Virus record (IMG/VR): IMGVR_UViG_3300045988_120991
Location: 101,979 to 165,978 of that record
Origin: a virus
DNA length: 64,000 nt
Reading direction: 5' to 3' (one strand)
The notes beneath the pieces were generated by a model. The model made no database searches and had not been told where the DNA came from. It was given only the letters and a program-made list of their open reading frames with translations. The position numbers and the translations under genes were made by a program. Positions 16,449 to 22,273 of the stretch are shown here, piece by piece. The first letter of the stretch is position 1, and every line of letters starts with the position of its first letter.

Positions 16449-16524
16449 TGGTTGCGAAGTTCTGGAATCGAACCAGATTCTGATAGCTTATGAGACTACC
16501 TGAGATTCCTACCTCCCACTCGCA
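16449..16524 (-). tRNA. tRNA with CAU anticodon (Met, or Ile2 if lysidine-modified)
   Basis: GTAGT-CTCATAA-GCTAT anticodon arm, TCTGG-TTCGATT-CCAGA T arm, CCA encoded. The acceptor has one mismatch. Confidence 0.7.
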
Positions 16525-16608
16525 TTATCTAGCAGACTACAATGCCGTCTGCTAGGGCATTAGAAAGAGGTGATGCCTATAACCAAGGCTCTGAACTTGT
16601 CATTCAGA

Positions 16609-16758
16609 TGGTCCCCCACCGGTGGATTGAACACCGAACCTCCCGATTATTTGTCACTACAGTAAGTCCTGCCCTTACATTACTGATTATCCTTCAGTGG
16701 TGTTGCTTTTACACTATGTAGTGAAGTCGGGTGCTCTAGCCAGTTGAGCTAGCAGGGG
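16609..16758 (-). tRNA. class I tRNA interrupted by an approx. 73-nt insertion in the anticodon loop (Ile-UAU-like if CTT+ATAA are joined; Arg-UCU or UCA readings also possible)
   Basis: CCCCTGC/GTGGGGG acceptor, GCTC-AACTGGCTA-GAGC D arm, CCCGA...TCGGG stem enclosing 80 nt, AGGTT variable loop, CGGTG-TTCAATC-CACCG T arm, A73, CCA. Confidence 0.6.
16662..16678 (-). repeat. conserved insertion hairpin, copy 2 (GTAAG-GGCAGGA-CTTAC)
   Basis: Shares stem ends and the GGCAGNA loop with copies 1 and 3. Confidence 0.7.
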
Positions 16759-17056
16759 ACATATAATCCGGCTTTTACGGTACGCCCAATAAGATGGACA
16801 CGCTTGAATTTCACAATTGCCATCAAAGTGCCTGATGACTAACACCCAATATGAAGCCTTGATATCATTGCTTCTAAGTCGTTATTGGGAACAACAGATG
16901 GTAATGATAGCAAGCGAAGCCGCGCATGACTCCATTTCACAGTGCTTCATCAACTACTTTTGGCATTTCTAATTATTATCGGTGCAGGTAGCTAATCCTG
17001 TAACGGCTTATCCTCATTGATTATCTCCTATGAAATTTGCACTACTTACTATCATT
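16759..17056 (-). ncRNA. 298-nt non-coding spacer (candidate structured RNA)
   Basis: No ORF above about 22 codons and no tRNA fold found by eye. Several 5-6-bp hairpins (e.g. CATCA-N7-TGATG). Confidence 0.25.
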
Positions 17057-17141
17057 TGGTGGGCCAGGGTGGTGCCGACCCACCTACTCCCGAAGGAAAC
17101 GGATTTACAGTCCGCCGCAGTTGCCGATTTGCTACTGACCC
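17057..17141 (-). tRNA. tRNA-Tyr(GUA), class II, atypical T-loop
   Basis: GCGGA-CTGTAAA-TCCGT anticodon arm, variable arm TTCCTTCGGGAGTA. The T arm is GGTGG-GTCGGCA-CCACC (G54/G58). CCA encoded. Confidence 0.75.
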
Positions 17142-17468
17142 ATATAGCTATACTTTTTAACTTGGGCAAGAAGTATAGTGAAACTTGCCAGACGATCAAA
17201 CCTTCATCCACATGGGAGCCACACGCAGTTCGTCCGTAGTATGTGGTTTTAATGTTTGAGTTGGTTCGCTACACCAACTCCGACTGACTTGCAATCGCAC
17301 TATTTTCTCTACAATTGGCCTTTGCACTACATTCGCACCCTAGTGCATTAACCTTCCTATATAGTGAACTTCCCTTTCATTTTCTGCTTCGAGAACCAAT
17401 CGCTTGTTCTCTACTCCAAGACTTTGGACGGGAGATGGGGCGGTAGTTTAATGACTTGCCAAGGTCGA
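17142..17468 (-). ncRNA. 327-nt structured non-coding element closed by a terminal helix (candidate large ncRNA)
   Basis: Minus-strand 5' CTTGGCAAG can pair with 3' CTTGCCCAAG. Internal hairpins are GAGAAC-N9-GTTCTC, GCACTA-N11-TAGTGC and GAGTTGG-N9-CCAACTC. No ORF. Confidence 0.35.
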
Positions 17469-17601
17469 TGGTGCGGGTAGCGAGACTTGAACTCGCACGG
17501 ATATTTCACCGAGGGATTTTTGGTGAGTATTGTAGGTGCTGCCCCTACCAAAGCACTGGCTATACCCAAGTCCCTTGTGTCTGCCATTCCACCATACCCG
17601 C
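17469..17601 (-). tRNA. tRNA-Leu (class II) interrupted by a 47-nt insertion in the anticodon loop (UAA if CTT+AAAA are joined)
   Basis: GCGGGTA/TACCCGC acceptor, Leu-type D arm GTG-GAATGGCAGA-CAC, AGGGA...TCCCT stem enclosing 54 nt, long variable arm, GCGAG-TTCAAGT-CTCGC T arm, A73, CCA. Confidence 0.65.
17532..17548 (-). repeat. conserved insertion hairpin, copy 3 (GTAGG-GGCAGCA-CCTAC)
   Basis: Shares stem ends and the GGCAGNA loop with copies 1 and 2. Confidence 0.7.
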
Positions 17602-17649
17602 ATATCACAGGGCAGCTTTAAGGTGATGCCCAGCACCATACTTAACTCC

Positions 17650-19203
17650 TTAAGAGTTCTTCAATGCGGCTTCCACCGCATCATATCTATCACTCATAAG
17701 CGTCTCAACGAGGCACTCATAAGGATTGGTCTTACCACTCATAACCATCTTGCAGACATTAGTGGAGAATCCACTAACAAGAGCAACACCAAGGTCATTC
17801 TCCTTTATAGGAATAGTTCCAGTGCGAGAATTTACATTCCAGAAGACTAGTCTAGGCATCTGATACCCAGCATCCTCGAAACGCTTCTTGATTACCTTAA
17901 AAAGTTTTGCATTAGGTCTATTAAGACCATATCTAGCGGAACCGTCACAAGTTGCACAAGAGTCAAACTCCATATCTGAAATAATCAGTACGTTCTTAGG
18001 CATATCCTCTTGCTTCATATGACCATTCACCGCAGTAGTAAGAATCAAATCAAACACCTTTTCAATGTTTGTATTTGAACACTCGTCATGACCATATGCA
18101 ACACGTAACTTATCTCTCAGAGAATCGCACTGACTAAAATCAACCAACTGAGGTCTGCTAGAGAAAGTAATGTATTTATCCTTAAAGTCTCCAGAAGAAT
18201 GTTCTGCAAAGTAAATCGCAAGTGCATTTGCAACTTCAAGTGCAGTAACACGGCTACTTCCACCAACGTTGCAACACATAGAACCAGAGCCATCTGCAAC
18301 TACAATGGTGTTTCCACATTCATTTACTGTGTTAGGCAAAGCTTTCCAAAGAGATTCAAGAGTTGCATCGTATTTGCCGATACCGCCGTACCATCCAGTT
18401 GCACTAGAATACTTATGCACAATGTCGTGAGGGAACAAAGTTCCAGCATTAATCTTAGTTTCGCCCTTTTCAAGCTTACTCAGATACTCTCTGCGACGCT
18501 CCTCATCATTACGAAGGAAAGCTCCGTTATAAATGAGATTTGCACGAGAAGGAACTGTTTCGTACTTAATGTCTCCCCATTTCTTTGCAGACATCTTGCC
18601 CTCTACAATATCAATGTAAGAACGCAGAGAAGAAAGTGTCTTACGATACTCACGCTCAGTCATACCAAGATTCTTGCAAATGTATCTTGCATCCATCTTA
18701 GTTTTTGCAGAAGAAGCATTCACAGAAGGAAGCCACTTGGCAAGAAGAGATACGGGCTTATTATCAGCCATATTTGCAATATCATCAGTGAGCTGCTTTT
18801 TGATGATGTCAAAAATAATACCATCTACGTCTGTACCAAACAGACACCACAGGTCATCATAACGACCATACTCACTCACCAGAGGAGCAAGATGCTTAAC
18901 AATATCAACGTCATCCTTTGCCATATTCTTAATAATCGCTCTGAACAAACGTCTTTCACCAAGACCACCACGAACATCTCTGGCGAAGAACAGCCAACGT
19001 AGAGCCATCATTTTATCTTCAAAATAAGCCTTAGTAAACTTATTATAGATATTCTCCTCACTCATACCACGCATAGAAGAAACTGCAAAGTTTAGGTCAA
19101 CCAGTTCCTTACCAGAGGTACGATACCCAAGAGCGCCATTCTCAGTTACTGAATAGTTGAAATCCTCGTTCAGAGTATTCTTTACTGCATTCATAAAAGA
19201 CAT
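17650..19203 (-). CDS. Ro60/TROVE-like vWA protein (DUF2828-type architecture)
   Basis: Start moved to MSFMNAVKN, with GGAGG upstream. N-terminal VTENGALGYRTSGKELVDLNF. C-terminal vWA domain with MIDAS VADGSGSM, and a tail FWNVNSRTGTIPI...VSGFS that parallels the Ro60 C-terminus. Confidence 0.65.
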   Translation of the reverse strand: MSFMNAVKNTLNEDFNYSVTENGALGYRTSGKELVDLNFAVSSMRGMSEENIYNKFTKAYFEDKMMALRWLFFARDVRGGLGERRLFRAIIKNMAKDDVDIVKHLAPLVSEYGRYDDLWCLFGTDVDGIIFDIIKKQLTDDIANMADNKPVSLLAKWLPSVNASSAKTKMDARYICKNLGMTEREYRKTLSSLRSYIDIVEGKMSAKKWGDIKYETVPSRANLIYNGAFLRNDEERRREYLSKLEKGETKINAGTLFPHDIVHKYSSATGWYGGIGKYDATLESLWKALPNTVNECGNTIVVADGSGSMCCNVGGSSRVTALEVANALAIYFAEHSSGDFKDKYITFSSRPQLVDFSQCDSLRDKLRVAYGHDECSNTNIEKVFDLILTTAVNGHMKQEDMPKNVLIISDMEFDSCATCDGSARYGLNRPNAKLFKVIKKRFEDAGYQMPRLVFWNVNSRTGTIPIKENDLGVALVSGFSTNVCKMVMSGKTNPYECLVETLMSDRYDAVEAALKNS

Positions 19204-19239
19204 TTTCTTTCCTCCATTTTTTTGATTTATTTCTAAATC

Positions 19240-19442
19240 CCAAGACACATTATTATGTACAATCTCCACATTAAAAATTTGCTGTTAGTGTCTTTGGAGT
19301 TTATTCAACGAGACGCCAAAATAAAACCATTAGTAAAAATATCATTTTCATCTTTTTAAATTGCTGTAAGCGTCTCTATGTAAGGCAAGGCACCATCAAT
19401 ATAAATCCATATCATATTATGTAAAGTTGCTGTTAGTGCCTT
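19240..19442 (-). repeat. three tandem imperfect hairpin units, each carrying a CTAACAGCAA-N-TTT box, in the leader of the Ro-like gene
   Basis: Minus-strand stems are AAGGCAC/GTGCCTT, GAGACGC/GCGTCTC and CCAAAGACAC/GTGTCTTGG. Each is followed on its 5' arm by (C)T(A/T)ACAGCAA-N-TTT. A fourth box lies inside the tRNA-Asn insertion. Confidence 0.6.
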
Positions 19443-19448
19443 TTTAAA

Positions 19449-19567
19449 GTCTCCTGACAGGACTTGAACCTGCGACCTCTGGTTTAACAGACCAATTAGA
19501 AACTTGCTGTTTAAGGCTTTTACAAGTCTCGTTATTAAGCGCTCTATCCGACTGAGCTACAGGAGAC
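19449..19567 (-). tRNA. tRNA-Asn(GUU)-like gene with a 44-nt insertion at the top of the anticodon stem; encoded G-1 opposite C73; no CCA
   Basis: Removing 19495-19538 gives TCTCCTG-TA-GCTC-AGTCGGATA-GAGC-G-CTGGT-CTGTTAA-ACCAG-AGGTC-GCAGG-TTCAAGT-CCTGT-CAGGAGA-C, a canonical cloverleaf. Confidence 0.6.
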
Positions 19568-19604
19568 ATATTTATGAGCAGTTTAACGAGGTGCTCGGCT
19601 CACT

Positions 19605-19649
19605 TTAATTTTGTACTGTGATTATACCACAGATTACTTATTTTGTCAA
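19605..19649 (-). promoter_or_regulatory. sigma-70-type promoter plus conserved leader, driving the tRNA-Asn-like / Ro-like unit
   Basis: Minus strand reads TTGACA-N17-TATAAT-c-ACAGTACAAAATTAA, with a TGTGG extended -10 context. Confidence 0.7.
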
Positions 19650-19763
19650 GTACTTTTTTACTTTTTATTCCAGAGAAGCCATCCACAAGCAACTCCGAAC
19701 AAGAAACATACAATTTCCTTCATCTTTACTTCTTCCTTATTATACCATATTCGGCATCATTTG

Positions 19764-20114
19764 TCAAGCATTTTCTCGATTTTTTCTTGTGCAATTTACT
19801 CGATTGCAGAACTCAAACATTGCTGCATTAAGATCCTCTGCAAACTCATCACACTTGGTATCCAGTGCTGCATAGTACCGATCCAGAAGCTTCGCCTTTG
19901 CCATCTTCATACCAATAGCAGGATCATACTCATCATCAGGATGACACACGACAACCGCACGATAAGAACTACTCATCAGGTACTTACTAGGATCGAAGCA
20001 CAGAGATTTGGTCTGTCCCATAATCTTTGCAATCTTATGGATAGCATCATACTTCGTGTTCTCAAGAACCGCAATGGTCTTGTTCTGCTCCGGCACATGT
20101 ACAAACTTAATCAT
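19764..20114 (-). CDS. hypothetical protein
   Basis: ORF track, 116 aa, behind two tandem consensus promoters. Confidence 0.6.
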   Translation of the reverse strand: MIKFVHVPEQNKTIAVLENTKYDAIHKIAKIMGQTKSLCFDPSKYLMSSSYRAVVVCHPDDEYDPAIGMKMAKAKLLDRYYAALDTKCDEFAEDLNAAMFEFCNRVNCTRKNRENA

Positions 20115-20134
20115 TTTTGTTATCCTTTCTTGTT

Positions 20135-20179
20135 TTAATTTTGTATTGTGATTATAACATGCTTTCTTGAACTTGTCAA
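20135..20179 (-). promoter_or_regulatory. sigma-70-type promoter plus conserved leader
   Basis: Minus strand reads TTGACA-N17-TATAAT-c-ACAATACAAAATTAA. Confidence 0.65.
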
Positions 20180-20228
20180 GCCCTTTTTAACCATCCCGGT
20201 AAAGGTTCTTGCCTCATTCATTGTTTGT

Positions 20229-20257
20229 ATTATAGCGCATTAATTTTGTTTTGTCAA
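20229..20257 (-). promoter_or_regulatory. second, upstream sigma-70-type promoter
   Basis: Minus strand reads TTGACA-N17-TATAAT. The -35 overlaps the stop codon of the preceding gene. Confidence 0.55.
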
Positions 20258-21402
20258 GTATCTTTTTTAAATAATTTTCTAGTTTCTTCATAAGACAGGT
20301 ACTTAATATTAATGCCCGTCAAATTCAGCAGTTTTTCATTTTTAAACTCGTTAACATGAGTTACTGCAAGAGATACCTCATAGGCAATATCCCCAATGTC
20401 TTCCTTAATTCTTTGCATAAGCTCACCAACATCAAGATGCCCATACCGAATGGACCCCTGATACTGGTTTGTAATATTGGTCTTGTCATCAATGTTAATG
20501 TTAATCTCCGACTTATCACATTCACATTCAAAGTCACCAGCACCATGCTTCGTCATATATGTTCTAGTAACATAGCACACTTCAACGTTTGCATTAGGTA
20601 AATACTTTTCAATGATTATATGAGGATTTGCAATGCCAGTATTGCTAGGAGTCGTATTATCATAATACTGAACATGACGCTGATCCAACAGCAATCCTTG
20701 CCCATTTTCAAATACGACATTATCAAACTTTTGCAAAATCCTACTATAATCAAATACTACATGAGAATGCATAAACTGCGCATCGTCAATAAAGTTATAA
20801 ATCAAATTGTCGGATGCCAAAATATCTTCCCATTCCTGCAAAACTTCAGGACTAGCCTTTAGCAGCCTCTTAGACGTATATTCATCCCTGACACGCTTAA
20901 GAAATGCGACCTGCTCGTCCTTAGTCATATTATAGAACTGCTGGAAAGACGGGCTTGTAGTATTCCTATATCTAAGAACAGTTTCCCAAATACCCATACC
21001 ACAAGAGCCATACCGATTTTTGCCACGACTATCCTCAAGGATTTGATTTGTAATCATATCATATGGAGTAGACCATCTGCAATTCCAATGACTATAAACA
21101 CGAGGTGCATAGCCTAATGCCTTCAATTCCTCGTACTCTTTTCTAAAAGTCATAGGGTTTAGAATATACTCTTCCCCAAAATAAGTATCTGCTCCCGCAA
21201 AGGTTCCTGAACCAAAATGGTGGAACACATGTCTAATGCCATCTGGAGTAACTACAGTATGTCCTCTTTGTGCGCCGCCATTGCATAGAGCAACGATACA
21301 AGATTCATTCCGCTTACTTGCTTCGGCACAAAAGTAATCGGTCATCAGACCTTTTCCCTCGTCGCCAAAGTTGCTACCAATTACTACCTTAACATTAGAC
21401 AT
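20254..21402 (-). CDS. adenylosuccinate synthetase family protein (short form; PurA/PurZ-like)
   Basis: Start moved to MSNVKVVIGSNFGDEGKGLMTDYF (AdSS P-loop GDEGKG). Also NGGAQRGHTV (compare GGHNAGHT), FENGQGLLLD and TRTYMTKHGAGDF (compare TRVGxGPF). Confidence 0.7.
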   Translation of the reverse strand: MSNVKVVIGSNFGDEGKGLMTDYFCAEASKRNESCIVALCNGGAQRGHTVVTPDGIRHVFHHFGSGTFAGADTYFGEEYILNPMTFRKEYEELKALGYAPRVYSHWNCRWSTPYDMITNQILEDSRGKNRYGSCGMGIWETVLRYRNTTSPSFQQFYNMTKDEQVAFLKRVRDEYTSKRLLKASPEVLQEWEDILASDNLIYNFIDDAQFMHSHVVFDYSRILQKFDNVVFENGQGLLLDQRHVQYYDNTTPSNTGIANPHIIIEKYLPNANVEVCYVTRTYMTKHGAGDFECECDKSEININIDDKTNITNQYQGSIRYGHLDVGELMQRIKEDIGDIAYEVSLAVTHVNEFKNEKLLNLTGINIKYLSYEETRKLFKKDT

Positions 21403-21416
21403 GTGTTTATCCTTTC

Positions 21417-22271
21417 TTACCAAGAAATACCTTCACTAGATGTTGCTACATTGCCACCAGAAAACGCATTGGTGACAATATCAATGATGTCATCTGCAAT
21501 CTTATCAATAGACGTATCCTTCAGATGGTTCTCGTCCAGAAGCAGCCCAAAAGTCCTATGAACGGCCTCATGATAACGACCATAACCATGCTTAACATAC
21601 AGATGATAAATGTCAAACTTCTCAGACGCATTAGCGTAAAGCTGTGCCGTTTCAACATCGCTCTGTAGATTATCACCAGTTACTGCGGATAGAGCCTTCT
21701 TCGGCAGATATGGATTCATAGGCTCGTCACCCATAGTGATAATGACACCCTTCTGTCCACGATTCCAGCAATCTAGCTTCGTGTGATTAAGACCGAAATA
21801 CCATGCGGCGCTATAAGACTCATAATCATTGCCTCCACCACCGCCCTCAAAATAAATCTTATCAAGCTGTTCTGCGATGCGGATATCAGACTCAAACTGT
21901 GATGCCTGAATAGGAGCGCAATCGTAAGCAAGATCCCCAATGCCCATAACCATGAACTCTACGTCTGCGATATTCTCGTATAGCTTAGTCATTACTACAT
22001 TGATCTGCTTTGCAACTTCCATAGCCGCCTTGCCCATGCTACCAGTTACATCGAGTGCCAGAATAACAGGCTTGGTATTAGGATGTTCCACAGAGTCAAC
22101 ACACTCACGCATTACATTCTTAGGATTAAGGTCTGCTACTAGCATTTTAGATTTAAAATTGTCCTGCACATTAGAGGACATTCCAGTGACTACACCATCC
22201 ATTGATACGCTGTACCCCTTGGTAGTCGCATAAGTGGTAAAAGCATTTTTAGTCCAACTGCCACCGCCCAT
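21417..22271 (-). CDS. von Willebrand factor A (vWA) domain protein
   Basis: 284 aa. MIDAS-like ILALDVTGSMG, followed by MVMGIGD and IITMGDE motifs. Confidence 0.7.
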   Translation of the reverse strand: MGGGSWTKNAFTTYATTKGYSVSMDGVVTGMSSNVQDNFKSKMLVADLNPKNVMRECVDSVEHPNTKPVILALDVTGSMGKAAMEVAKQINVVMTKLYENIADVEFMVMGIGDLAYDCAPIQASQFESDIRIAEQLDKIYFEGGGGGNDYESYSAAWYFGLNHTKLDCWNRGQKGVIITMGDEPMNPYLPKKALSAVTGDNLQSDVETAQLYANASEKFDIYHLYVKHGYGRYHEAVHRTFGLLLDENHLKDTSIDKIADDIIDIVTNAFSGGNVATSSEGISW

Positions 22272-22273
22272 TT

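Noticed and set aside
16759-17056. Tiny Cys-containing ORFs in the spacer, e.g. MKHCEMESCAASLAIITICCSQ.
   Set aside because: They have no convincing RBS and sit in a region that otherwise looks like structured RNA.
15083-17567. The tRNA insertions as group I self-splicing introns.
   Set aside because: At 47-73 nt they cannot hold the P3-P9 catalytic core, since known tRNA group I introns are roughly 200 nt or more. They are kept as an unexplained insertion class instead.
14035-17639. Minus-strand ORFs 14035-14220, 14439-14624, 17014-17211, 17411-17608 and 17448-17639.
   Set aside because: They run straight through hand-folded tRNA genes or structured spacers and lack RBSs. They are artefacts of stop-free tRNA sequence.
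19204-19269. The longer start (MEIVHNNVSWDLEIN...) for the Ro-like gene.
   Set aside because: The internal ATG at 19203 has a GGAGG RBS. The extension overlaps the third hairpin/box unit and has no RBS.
19240-19521. The spaced repeats upstream of the Ro-like gene as a mini-CRISPR array.
   Set aside because: The repeats are only about 20 nt, degenerate (65-85% identical) and each is part of a larger hairpin. There are no cas genes in the window and no uniform repeat/spacer periodicity.
20254-21402. Asserting that the AdSS homologue is PurZ and that the genome contains 2-aminoadenine.
   Set aside because: Its motifs are closer to PurA (GDEGKG) than to what I recall of PurZ (GSTGKG). No MazZ or DpoZ was recognised in the window. 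This is reported only as a hypothesis to test.
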